A stretch of 64,000 nucleotides of DNA. Source: Camelus ferus. Lineage: Eukaryota. Numbering within the stretch: the stretch's first letter is position 1; each line of letters starts with the position of its first letter. Of this stretch, positions 24,654 to 36,519 are shown in pieces. A program made the translations under genes and the position numbers. The stretch covers positions 107,138,001 to 107,202,000 of the forward strand of contig NC_045697.1 of the NCBI RefSeq assembly GCF_009834535.1. The letters run 5' to 3'. Under the pieces are notes generated by a model. The model made no database searches, had not been told where the DNA came from, and worked only from the letters and a program-made list of their open reading frames with translations.

Positions 24654-25282
24654 TGAGACAGGAGGGAAGGGGGCAGGGCACAGCCGTTCAAGAAATGACA
24701 GCAATTAACACCAAGATGGCGGAAGATTCAACTCCCAGTAGGCCTTGAGGATTAAGATGGTAGGAGATTTGACATTTAGCAGACCTTGAGCTTCATATGC
24801 TCATTGTAACATTAGCATGATAAATAACATGCCCAACAGGTGCCCTGACAGTTCCAAGGCTAACTATATAAGGTCAGAGTGGGTGGTGGCCAAATTCCTG
24901 GGAATCCCAGCCCCTTCCTCAGGGTAACTGGAATAGTCCTCCCACTTGTAGGTGTGGAGCTACTGAGCTCATAAAAACTGGCAACATCACGCCTCATGGC
25001 CACCCATCTTCATTCCCTCCTCTTCAGAGATGGCCCACACTCTGTCCATGGAGTGTGTACCTATTTTAATTTTAACCTGAGCACCCAACCTCCACATCTC
25101 TTCCTTTGCCTTTCTCTTGCCTTACACTGTAAATAAATCTACCTTTACTCAACAGTGGCTCACTCTTGAATTCTTTCCAGCACAATGCCAAGGACCTACA
25201 CTTGGCGAGGCACATACCAGGGACTCAAAGGAGACCTGGGACACAGCCCTCCAGACACCCCATATCCGTTTTTCCTGCATCA
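24654..25282 (+). mobile_element. MER41-like ERV1 solo LTR
   Basis: TG...CA ends, a perfect 4-bp TSD GTAG and AATAAA at ~25132. Blocks such as catgcccaacaggtgccctgacagtt and ggctcactcttgaattctttcc..gccaaggacc resemble MER41. Confidence 0.85.
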
Positions 25283-25987
25283 GTAGGAGTAGACAAACTG
25301 GAAATAGGGCTAACTCTCAGAAAGATTTTAACAGTTCCAACTTTGAACCAGTCCAGTCTTAAATTAACATAATCAGCACTCAATCTAACTGCTAATCAAA
25401 AATCAAAAGGGAATCCTCTCTAGAAGAAGATATTACCATCTAGAGACTTTAAAATATAATTTCCTGCTATTGTAAACACAATTTCAAATATTCAATCACC
25501 AATGAACAGGTAAAACAAGAGCCAACACCAAGTGAATGAAAACCAAATAGAAGCCAACATACAGAAAAATCAAGATACTAACATTTCATATCCGAATATT
25601 GAAATAAATGAAGTTACTGTTGAGAACAATAAATTCTACAAAAAGAATTTCAGTACAGAATGGAAACTATAGAACTACTGAACAAAACAAACATGAAATT
25701 AAGAATAGATTTACCAGCTTATTAAACTCAGGTGAAGAAGGACTACTTAACTGAAAGAGGGGTCAATGACAACTAAACAAAAGCTTGATAAGAAAAATTA
25801 TGAAAACTGACAAAATAACTAAGACACACAGGACATGGTAAAAAGACCTATTATGAGTATATTTGGAGTAAAGAATGAAAGTAGGCAAATAATTAAGACA
25901 GAACAATATCTGAAAAGAGAATGACCAACACTTTTTGAAAACTGGGGAAAAAAACACTGAGCCATATGCTGAAGTACTACAAACTCC

Positions 25988-26150
25988 AAGAAGGAAGGAA
26001 GGAAGGAAGGAAGGAAGGAAGGAAGGAAGAAAGGAAGAAAGGAAGAAAGGAAGAAAGGAAGAAAGGAAGAAAGGAAGAAAAGGAAGAAAGGAAGAAAGAA
26101 AGAAAGGAAGAAAGAAAGAAAGAAAGAAAGGAAGAAAGAAAGGAAGAAAG
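25988..26150. repeat. Compound purine microsatellite (GGAA)n-(GGAAGAAA)n-(GAAA)n
   Basis: Directly visible; it generates the spurious RKEG and FLPS ORFs. Confidence 0.97.
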
Positions 26151-26407
26151 ACAGACAAGACTACACCTAGTTATACCAGAGTAAAACTGTCACAGGGAAA
26201 AAATTTTAATAGCAGCCAGTGGGAGGGAGAAATTAGAAGAGGTAAGGACACCTTCTTGCCTTAAAGTAAGAATAAGACTGATAAGACTGATAGAAGCCAG
26301 ATAAGAATGGAACTACTTCTTCAAAGTACTAAACAAAAACAGCAGCTAAGATTATACCCCAAAATTATCTTTCAATAAAGAAAGTGAAAGTATCTAGAAT
26401 ATATCAG

Positions 26408-27268
26408 TGTGAAAAATCTTTTTCTGAACTCCTCTTATCTACCTAAAAGGAGACTAACCCAAAAGAATTCAACTGTCATAAATCCACTTGTTTTTTAAAT
26501 TGAAGTATGTAGTCAGTTTACAAGGTTACATCAATTTCTGGTGCACAGCATCATGTTTCAGTCATACATATATTCCTTCTCATTTTCTTTTTTACAAGAT
26601 ATTGAATATAGTTCTCTGTGCTATACACCGTAAACTTCTTGTTTATCTATTTTATATATAGTAGTCAGTAACTGCAAATCTCAAACTCCCAATTTATCCC
26701 TTCCCACCCCTTTTCTCTTCCTGGTAACCATAAGTTTGTTTTCTATGTCTCTGAGTCTATTTGTTTCGTAAATAAGTTCATTTGTCTTTTTTTTTAGATT
26801 CAACATATAAGTGATATCATATGGTATTTTTCTTTCTCTTTCTGGTTTACTTCATTTAGAATGACACTCTCCAGGTCCTCTCTACTGAAGTTTCACAAGG
26901 AGAAAAGACTGACTCCTATAACCTGGAGACTAGAAGTCAGCACTAGGATAAGAAACTGCCTAAAGGGACATCGTCACAAAACTATCTTATCTCCCATCTA
27001 TTCTCCTAAAGGTCCATTTATCTTTCCTAAAAGTCATTTGTTTTCCCATAAGGGCCCTTCTCCCTTCCCTCTAACCTATTAAGATGCTGATATAAAGCCT
27101 CAAATCCTAACCATTTCCTTGAGTCACATTTTTATGTGAACTCTCTTGAACATCCATTTGAATTTTTAAAAATCCATCTTTTCTTGTGACAATTTGTCTT
27201 TTGTCAGTTTGATTCACAGACCTTCAATAGAAGAACCTAAGTAGGTAGAGAAAAAGTTTTTCATCTCA
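26408..27268 (+). mobile_element. MER34-like ERV1 LTR split by an L1 3' end
   Basis: The 3' block tgtcttttgtcagtttgattcacag..gaacctaagtaggtagagaaaaagttttt and catttatctttcctaaaagtcatttgttttccc are MER34A-like. Confidence 0.65.
26490..26877 (-). mobile_element. L1 3'UTR fragment (lineage-specific)
   Basis: ttttttaaattgaagta..gatattgaatatagttctctgtgctatac..ggtaaccataagtttgttttctatgtctctgagtct. Confidence 0.85.
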
Positions 27269-28261
27269 GGCCAAAGCAAAATAAGGACATTTAATGACAA
27301 ACAAGAGAATTTGTCCTTAGACAACCAGATTATAGACAATTCTTCAGACAGAGAGAAAACAGTATCAGATTGATGCAAGATAAGAAAGTAAAACACAAAG
27401 CAACAGAAACCTTAACCATGTGGGCAAATCTAAAAGAACAGTGAATGTTTACAACTGTTGTAATAATGAATTCTAAAATCCACAAATATTGTAATCACAA
27501 AACAAATAATAACAGCACTCAAGGCAAGAAGAAAAAAAGGAATTCGTGTTCTTCTATTGTCCAAGAATTGGTGAAAGAACCAATTCATATAAGATATTAA
27601 CAACACTAACATTCATGTTGCATTATCTAGGCAACCACTAAATGTATCTAAATAATGTATAACCAATGAACTAATATGAAAAAAATTGAATAAGAAAAAA
27701 TATTAAACTCAAAAGAAGAAAAAGAAAAAAGGAATATGCAAAATGTGGAACAAATACACAGGACACAAATAATAAGGATAAGTTTTAAACTAAATATATC
27801 AGAAATACATGAAAAGTGAAGAGGATAATATAATTATTGTCAATTAGATTTTTTTAAAGTATGTGCTGCTTATAAGTAACAATTTCAACATAAGGCCAAA
27901 GGTTGAAAGTAATTTTTCAGAAAAGATGAACAAAAAATGTCAAAGACAACTAATGAGCCTTTATTAATATAATAAAAAGTTAGCTTTAAGAAGCAAAATT
28001 GGAGATAAAGAGATAAACACTTCAAATTATAATATAAATGAACCAGGGAGATATAAATTCAGAATTTTGAGATTCTGTATTTGTATATTCCTAACAATAT
28101 GGCTTACAACCAATAATAGAAGATACAAAGCTACAGAAAATTTTAACAATGTGATCACAAACCTGATCCAATTAACACATATATAACACTATGTCCTCCA
28201 ACTAAGGAATAAACATTAATTTCGGGTAAATATGGAACACACACACAAAAAAAGGACAAGA

Positions 28262-28738
28262 TGTACAGTCATAATAAAATGGTGCCCAACTTTCCCAACC
28301 TTCTGGAATGCACAGCCTTATGTAATCCTCTCCCTGAGATTGTGGAGGGGAGCTATGGCATGCCTCTAAGCAATAAATTATTACATTCAGTAAGATTCTA
28401 ACTTCCATCTTGCTAGCAGACTCTCTACTGACTCCCTCCCTTGATGGCTCATCAGAAGAAAGAGACCACCTTATGATATGCCCTAAGGAGGGGCCCATGT
28501 GGCAAGGTGCTGAGTGCAGCCTCTAGACCTCGAAAACAACCAGGTAAACTTGGAAGCTGATACTCCACTAGTCAAACTACAAAGCCCCACAAACACCTTG
28601 CAACAAACCCTGAAGCAGAGGGCCCAGTGAGGCCACGTCCAGAATAATGACCAAACAGAAATTGTGAGATAATAAATGTGTGTTGTTATAAGGCTAAATT
28701 GTGATACTCTTGTTAAAACAGCAATAAATAACTAATAC
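28262..28738 (+). mobile_element. MLT1 (ERVL-MaLR) solo LTR
   Basis: ccttatgtaatcctctccctgag..cccatgtggcaagg..cagaaattgtgagataataaatgtgtgttgtt..cagcaataaataactaatac. Confidence 0.85.
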
Positions 28739-29480
28739 CACTTCCCCTCACTTGTGTTTGAAAATTAAGAAGTTCTCTTCTAAATAGTCCATGCATTAAA
28801 AACAAACACATGACAATGGAAATTAGAAAATGTTTTGAACTAAAACCTAATGAAAGCAACATGCCAAAACATATGGGATTTAGCTAAATCAATGCATGAA
28901 GGGAAATTTATATTCTGAATAAATGCATTAAAGAAGAACTCCAAAAAAAATTACCTAGGTGTTCAACTAAAGAAATGAGAAGAGGATCACAGAAACTGAA
29001 AAGCACTGAAAGTAAAATAATAGAGATAAGAGCAGAAACTAATTAAATACAAAACAAAAATACACTTCAGAAGATAAAGTTAAAACTTGATTTTTTTTAA
29101 AAAACTAATAGAATCCAAAAGAATACGTAAACAATTAAAATTAACAACTGAATTAGCAAGGTCACTAGATTGAAGGTAAATACACAAAAATCAACTAGAC
29201 TTTAACAGTTACCAACAAACTGAAAATAATTTTTAAGTAATATTTTGAAAAGCATTTTAAAAAACATCAAAATATGTAGGAATAACGAATTAAAATGTGC
29301 TAGAATTCTACATGTAAACAAAATGAATGCTGAGAGAAGTTAAAGAAGACTTAAAGAAATGAAAGAAAGGAGCATGCTACGTTCATGAAAGTGAAAAAAC
29401 TCAATACTGTAAAGATATCAGTTCTCCACTAAGTGATTTATAAATATAATGAATCTCAATCAAAATCTTAGCAAATGTTT

Positions 29481-29664
29481 GGGGGAAGGTACAGCTCAGT
29501 GGTAAAGTGCCTACTTAGCATGCACTTTGTCCTGGGTTCAACATCCAGTACCTCCCTTTAAAGTAGTAAGTAAATAAACAGATAAACAAACAAACAAACC
29601 TAATCACCTCCCTCAACAAAAACAAAACAAAAAAGCCATCAATAAATTAAAAAAAAAAAAAAAA
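29481..29664 (+). mobile_element. tRNA-Ala-derived SINE (Vic-1-like, long form)
   Basis: Head ggggaaggtacagctcagtggtaaag..ttagcatgc..ctgggttcaa..cagtacctcc, an A-rich tail, and a degenerate TSD aaatcttagcaaatgt / aaatcttaccaagtgt. Confidence 0.88.
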
Positions 29665-30200
29665 GAAATCTTACCAAGTGTCTCTGTGCAATTTGGCAAG
29701 TTGACTCTAAAAGTTAAATGAATATGTAAAGAACAAGAATACCTGAGACACTCTTGAAAAACGGAAAAGAGAGGTAATAACAATCATAATCATAACCATA
29801 ATAGGAGTTATACTATGTGTGTGTGCGTGTATACACACACATACAAATTTATTCATTCATCCATTCACCATATTTATGGCAAAAGCACTTCCATAATTAG
29901 TAAGAGGAAGATGAGATTTTTTTCAATAACTAGTCCTAGATCAATCAACTGATGTTCATACGGATAAAATTAGACCTGACTTCTATCTTAAACAATACAA
30001 ACAAATCAATTCCAAATGGATCACAGACAAGACCTAAACACTCCTAGAAGATTATATAAAGGAGTATCTTTGTGACAGGATGAAATAAAAGATTTCTTGT
30101 ACAAAACATAAAGTACACATAACATAAAGACTGATAAACTAGACCTTTAAAATTCAAGACTTACACTTATGATAACCAACATTAAGAGAATTAAAAGACA

Positions 30201-30292
30201 GGGGGAGGGTAATAGCTCAGTGGTAGAGTGCATGCTTAGCATGCAAGAAGTCTTAGGTTCAATCCCTATTACCTCCATTAAAAAAAAAAAAA
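30201..30292 (+). mobile_element. tRNA-Ala-derived SINE (Vic-1-like, short form)
   Basis: gggggagggtaatagctcagtggtagagtgcatgcttagcatgc.. plus polyA, with TSD aagagaattaaaag on both sides. Confidence 0.9.
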
Positions 30293-30574
30293 GGGCAAGA
30301 GAATTAAAAGGTAAACTTTAGAAAGGGAGAATATATTTGAAATATTTACACTCAATAAGGAACTTATATCTGAAATGTATAAGAAACTCTTACAAATAAA
30401 GAAAAAGCAAAAATCACAATAAACAAAAACCACCAAAGTACATGAGTAAGTAGTTCACAAAAGATTTCCAGTTGGTGAATAAGTTCATGAAAAGGTGTTC
30501 AGGATTACTAATCATCAGGGAGATACAAACTAAAACCATAAAATATACTAAGACCCACCAGAATCGCTATATTT

Positions 30575-32016
30575 TTTTAACATTTTTTATTGAGTTGTAA
30601 TCATTTTACAATGTTGTGTCAAATTCCAGTGTAGAGCACAATTTTTCATTTATACTTGAACATACATATATTCATTGTCACTTTTTTTTTCTGTGAGCTA
30701 CCACAAGATCTTGTATGTATTTCCCTGCGCTATACAGTATAATCTTGTTTATCTATTCTGCATAATCCTGTCAGTATCTACAAATTCTGAAATCCAAGTC
30801 TGTCCCTTCCCACCCCCCACCCCCTTGGCAACCACAAATTTGTATTCTATGTCTGAGTCTGTTTCTGCTTTGTATTTATGTTCTTTTTTTTTTTTTTTAA
30901 GATTCCACATATGAGCAATCTCATATGGTATTTTTCTTTCTCTTTCTGGCTTACTTCACTTATGACATTCTCCAGGAGCATCCATGTTGCTGCAAATGGC
31001 ATTATGTTGTCGGCTTTTATGGCCGAATAGTATTCCATTGTATAAATATACCACACCTTCTTTATCCAGTCATCTGTTGATGGACATTTAGGCTGTTTCC
31101 ATGTCTTGGCTATTGTAAATAGTGCTGCTATGAACATTGGGGTGCAGGTGTCTTTTTTGAAGTAGGATTCCTTCTGGATATATGCCCAGGAGTGGGATTA
31201 CTGGGTCATATGATAAGTCTACTCCTAGTCTTCTGAGGAATCTCCGAACAGAATAGAGATCCCAGAAATGAACCCACAAACTTTTGGTCAACTAATCTTC
31301 AATGAAGGAGGCAAGAATATACAATGGAATAAAGACAGTCTCTCCAGCAAATGGTGTTGGGAAAACTGGACAGCAGCATGTAAATCAGTGAAGCTAGAGA
31401 ACTCCCTTACACCATACACAAAAATAAACTCAAAATGGATCAAAGACTTAAACGTAAGACAAGATACAATAAACCTCCTAGAAGAAAATATAGGCAAAAC
31501 GTTATCTGACATACATCTCAAATATGCTCTACTAGGGAAGTCTACCCAAGCAATAGAAAAAAAAGCAAGAATAAACAAATGGGACCTAATTAAACTTACA
31601 AGCTTCTGCACAGCAAAGGAAACCATAAGTGAAACAAAACGATAACCTATGGAATGGGAGAAAATTTTTGCAAATGATGAAACCGACAAAGGCTTGATCT
31701 CCAGAATATATAACCAGCTCATATGACTTTATAAGAAAAAAAACAAACAACCCAATCCAAAAATGGGCAGAAGACCTAAACAAGCAATTCTACAAGGAAG
31801 AAATACAAATGATCAATAGGCACATGAAAAAATGCTCAATATCACTAATTATCAGAGAAATGCAAATCGAAACTACAATGAGGTATCACCTCACACCAGT
31901 CAGAATGACCATCATTCAAAAGTCCACAAATGACAAATGCTGGAGAGGCTGTGGAGAAAAGGGAACCCTCCTACACTGCTCGTGGGAATGCAGTTTGGTG
32001 CAGCCACTGTAGAAAA
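30575..32016 (-). mobile_element. Young L1 with 5' inversion (minus part 30575-31245, plus part 31246-32016)
   Basis: ORF2 peptides occur on both strands (MFIAALFTIAKTWKQPKCPS on minus; [27 protein letters not shown] on plus). The 16-bp TSD is cagaatc(g/a)ctatattt. Confidence 0.93.
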
Positions 32017-33106
32017 CAGAATCACTATATTTAAAAAACAGATATTATCAAAATTTGCCAAGGATATGAAGCAACAGCGACTCTCATAAACACAAAATAT
32101 ATTTAAAAGAAAGTAGCTATTTTATTTATAGTAGCCAAACACTCACAAATACCCAAATGCGTATGTAAAATAAAATAAATTTTTAAATGGTGGAATATTC
32201 ATAGATTTAAAAGAAATAACTAGTGCTATGTATAACAAAATTATTTTCACAAACAGTGTTGAGCAGTTGCACACTAAAGAATATATACTGTATTAATCAT
32301 CTTGTAAAAAAAAACTTTTAACTAATTTATGGTAATAGGAGTCAAGAGTTTAAGAGATGATTAACTTTGGTGCTACTAAAGACCTCTCCATAAAATGGTT
32401 CATGTGGAATGTTAGTAATGATCACATGGTTCTAAACTTTGCAATAACATACTCTGAATTTATAAACAATTGACCCATTCTGCTGAATGCTTCCACAACA
32501 CCATTCACCTACCACAAATACCAAAAGAATGATTCATTTATATAAATAGGAGGCTTCTGGGTATGTTTGCTATGTATAGGTCTTCTGAAACTCCCTTCTT
32601 TAAAAAGAATTGGAAAGACAGGATAGGCAGAACTAGGATTATGTTTTGAATGTAAATAGCAGGAGTGGCTAGACTGCAATGAGATTCTGCCCAACTACAA
32701 AAGTTAAACCCAACAGTCATCAACAATGTCATGTCTGTGGACATTCCATGGGGTACCTGACTCTCTTTGTAGCACCATCTCTATCAAAAATATAAGTTAC
32801 ATATGTATAGATTTTGATACAAAACAATCATTACACTCCTAGTAACTTGCCATATGAACATGTTCTCACAAGTGCAGCAGAAACATACGTGTGTGTACAA
32901 ACAAGTTCACTGTAAGGCATTATAAAAGTGAAAAACTGAAAGAACCAAAATATAAAATAATGTAATGAGACAGATTCCTCTGGATTAACAACAAAATTTT
33001 TCCACAATATATTATTGAGTGGCAAAGTTTTTGAAGAGTATTATGTACAATGTAAGTTTGGGGAAGAATATGAAAGAAAATATACCAAAATGAGAATTAC
33101 CCAGAA

Positions 33107-33345
33107 CAAGGTCAGAATTACTAGAACCATGGCATGTCAGCTAAATCTAGCCTGCCAATTATTTTTGTTAATAAAGTTTTATTAGCACAAAGCCATGCCA
33201 TGCCTATCTGTTCAACAATTGTCCATGGCTGTCATCACATCACAATACTACATTAAGTTGAGTGGTAGTGACAGAGACTATATGGCCCACAAAGTCTAAA
33301 ATATTTACTACTTGGCCTTTTAAAAAAAGTGTGCCACTCACTTCT
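33107..33345. mobile_element. MER58A-type hAT MITE
   Basis: ttttgttaataaagttttattagcacaaagccatgcc..gtgacagagactatatggcccacaaagtctaaaatatttactacttggcctttt. Confidence 0.8.
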
Positions 33346-34192
33346 CTACAAAGTCGGGCTATATGTCCTTATATTTCTCTATTCTTTAAGTTGTACAACA
33401 AGCAATAATTAAAAGAAAATGGAAAATCCCTTAAGAAAATAAAAAGGCTTTCTGCTCTTCTATCACTTTTTTCCATATTTCTATTAAGTTCATACGCATT
33501 TTTTATAATTTGATTCCAGATCTATCAGACCCTCTCCATTACCCCCAAACTGTCTCCCAGACATTTTAGAAGTTAATGCAATGTCCTAGCTATGATTCTG
33601 GGTTAACATCATTAAGGTATTTTTTTAATGTTATTAAACAATACACATTCAGGCAATATAGATAAAAACAATCCCCAGTGCAATTTTAAAACCTGCTAAT
33701 GAATAACTTCCTATGACTCTACAAATAGAGAAAGCAATGGGTTTCATGAGCATAGATGTGAAATACTGGTTTGTACTTCTTAGTTTCTCTCCAGAGACCA
33801 AAAACCACATCGTGAGTTTAACATCAATATATTGCCTCACAGCCCTGAAATATTAATTGAATTGATTAGTCAATGGCACACCATCCTCCGAGTCCTCAAA
33901 CAAGCAACCTCAAAGTTACTGTAGTCCCTCCCTCTGTGCTACCGCCTTCCTCCTCCAGGCCCCTAATCACTCAGCAAATACTGTCAATATTTCCTCTGTA
34001 AAATTTCCAGATTTCACTTATGCTCTCAATTTCACAGCTGATGTCCTAAAAATCAAGTGTTAACCATTTTACACACATTACAGCTGAGTAAGTCTTCTGA
34101 GTACTTACTCTGATCCATTAATATTTTTGTCAACAATTCCCTCTGCATTTTGAATCACTGTCAAATATCTATTCAATACCTATTATGCTATA

Positions 34193-34284
34193 TTTATTTA
34201 TTTATTTTTAGTGGAGGTACTGGGGATTGAACCCAGGATCTCACGCATGCTAAGCATGTGCTCTACCACTGAGCTATACCCTCC
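34193..34284 (-). mobile_element. tRNA-Ala-derived SINE (Vic-1-like)
   Basis: The reverse complement is ggagggtatagctcagtggtagagcacatgcttagcatgcgtgagatcctgggttcaatccccagtacctcca plus an (AAAT)n tail. TSD ac(c/t)ta(t/c)tatgctata. Confidence 0.9.
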
Positions 34285-34401
34285 GAACTTACTATGCTAT
34301 AAAGATTACGCTAAGCACTGGAGATGAGCTTTCCTTATATTTCAGTTGGGGAGAAAGAATACTCTGAGGTCCTTTCCAGCTTTAAATTCTAATATAAATG
34401 C

Positions 34402-34969
34402 TATGGTGTACATACTCCATGGTGATCTCAAATGAGTCAAGGTCTTATATGATCCCATCCCACTGAGTTTAACTTGGTTCTAGGAAACAGAATATGGTGA
34501 AGATGATGAGGTAGACAGTCCTTAATTAGGTTACTTTATACAGCAAAGGTAATGGGAGAGACACTCCTATAGTATGTTACATATCATAGCAGACTGAAGA
34601 GATTCTCCTGCCAGCCTTGAAAAAGTAAGCTGCCATGCTGTGATAGGGCCATGCAACAAGAGGTTCAGACAGCCTTTAGGAGCTGAGATCAGATCCTAGT
34701 GCAGCCAACAAGAAAATGGGGACCTCAGTCCCAAGTGAAAGGAACTAAATTCTGCCAACAACAATGTGAGCTTAGAAGTGGACTCCAACCTCCCAGGAGA
34801 ACATAGCCAACACCTTTATTGGCCAACACCTTTATTGCTGACTTGTAAAACCCTAAGCAGAGAATCCAGTTGAGTTGTGCCCAGATGCCTGACACAAAGA
34901 AACTGTAAAATAATAAAGCTATGTTGTTTGAAGCAGCAACGTTTGTGGTAACTGATTAGTACCAATACA
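34402..34969 (+). mobile_element. MLT1 (ERVL-MaLR) solo LTR
   Basis: gattctcctgccagccttgaaaaagtaagctgccatg..gggacctcagtcc..ggaactaaattctgccaacaac..agaaactgtaaaataataaa..aataca. Confidence 0.85.
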
Positions 34970-35619
34970 AGTGAAATTAGAACAGAAGAATACATGTGCT
35001 ATCATAATTCAGTAGAAGCAAAGATCACTATGAGCTCCTCAAGATGAAAAAAAGCACAAACAGACAGCTAGAGCATTAAGATGAGCCTTAAAGGGCAAAA
35101 GCAACAAGAGGAAGGGTCACTGTGGACAACAGTATGAATGAAGTTATTAACAGGAAAAAAAAATGTATGTTATTTTAAAAAGAACCAAAACACCCCTTTT
35201 TGCCATTTATATTTCAAGATGACACTATGCACAGACATCTAGATAGATAGACAGATAATACTGTCTTGATTTGGGAGAGGGGTGCTTTTGCATAAAAGTA
35301 ATATACATTTTACCAAAAAGACCTTATGCAACACTTTGATAATAAAGTAATAATGGAAAGTCCCCAAACCCTTTGCCTGTACATTTTTCAGAATAAGCCA
35401 CATCACTATTAACAGTTTGTGTTCCTGTCCTTGCATTTTTCTAAACTTACAGAAACATATATGGTTATCTGTGGTGTTTGTGTGTATATTTAGTAATTAT
35501 GTATCTCTGTGTATAAGCATTTATATTCTCAAGTGTAAAGAAGTGATACTAAACAAACTATTTTACTTACAGTGCACCATAATCGTACAGAAGATTTATG
35601 TGGATGATATGTAACATCA

Positions 35620-36340
35620 TTTATTAAATATCACTATTTACCTAGCTACTGAAGCTAGAAACATCAGTCATATTTGACTCTTCCCTTCTTTGTCACCCTT
35701 CACGTTCAACAGACCAAGTACTGTCCATCCTACCTCTGCAATAACTCTAAAAGCTGGTTCTCTCTGTAACATTTTCCACTACCTCAGGCATTCAACATCA
35801 TGATTTCAAACATTACAATAGTCTATAGTAAAACTTTCCCCATTAGTCTCATTATTCCAGCCAATGCTTCACCAGGGTTATTTTCCTCAAATGAAAATCT
35901 GATTATCACTGTACACTTTCAAAAAGTATTAACTAGCTTTCCATGATCTCCAGAAATTTTGCTACTCCTTTATACTTTTAAGACTGCTTTCTCAACATTA
36001 CACCCTGTATTTTTACACCTCTTTGCATCTGTTCCTACTATTCTCTCAGCCAGGAATGACATCACTATCTTATTAATCCTTCAAAGTACAACTCAGAAGT
36101 CAACTATATAAAACCTTTTTTAATTCTACATCTGTTTTCCCACCACAGAACTAACAAGGTACATATGCTTCTTTTGCGGTCCTTATTACATTGTATCATT
36201 CTGTATGACACCATCTCAGTGATGTATTTAGAAATCTATCTTCCATTCCAGATTGCACTAACCTTTAATAAATTTTCCTTAGATCCCCCAGAGCACAGAA
36301 CAGTGCCTGATCATTGCTAGGGAACTAGCAGTGCTTATAA
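35620..36340 (+). mobile_element. L2 fragment
   Basis: gaagctagaaacatcagtcatatttgactcttccc..tccttcaaagtacaactcaga..tcccccagagcacagaacagtgcctga. Confidence 0.6.
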
Positions 36341-36519
36341 GGAAAATAAACTCTTTGAACACTCACTTATGCCAGGCAATTCTCTGCTACTCTATGTGAG
36401 GAATACAAAGATATATCAAATTGTCCATAGGGAGTTTGCAATTTAATATAAGAAGTTAGGACTACATGCAAATTAGCAAGGTAACTGTTATAAGTACCTT
36501 AAGGTTCTTAAAACATTTT

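Larger units (their letters stand above)
25300..32400 (+). mobile_element. Long decayed L1 scaffold (ORF1 to 3' end) broken by younger insertions
   Basis: Ordered A-rich remnants of ORF1, EN and RT/C-terminal regions, e.g. gaaattagaaaatgttttgaactaaa, ctcaatactgtaaagatatcagttctcc, atgaaaaggtgttcaggattactaatcatcagggagatacaaactaaaacca. Confidence 0.65.

Noticed and set aside
25763..26264. ORFs with RKEG / FLPS repeats
   Set aside because: They are translations of the GGAA/GAAA microsatellite.
29481..30292. tRNA-Ala genes
   Set aside because: A-rich tails, TSDs and stem mismatches identify them as SINE copies.
30847..32012. L1 ORF2-like ORFs as an active retrotransposon or host gene
   Set aside because: Only short C-terminal fragments of a truncated, inverted copy are present, with no EN/RT domains or promoter.
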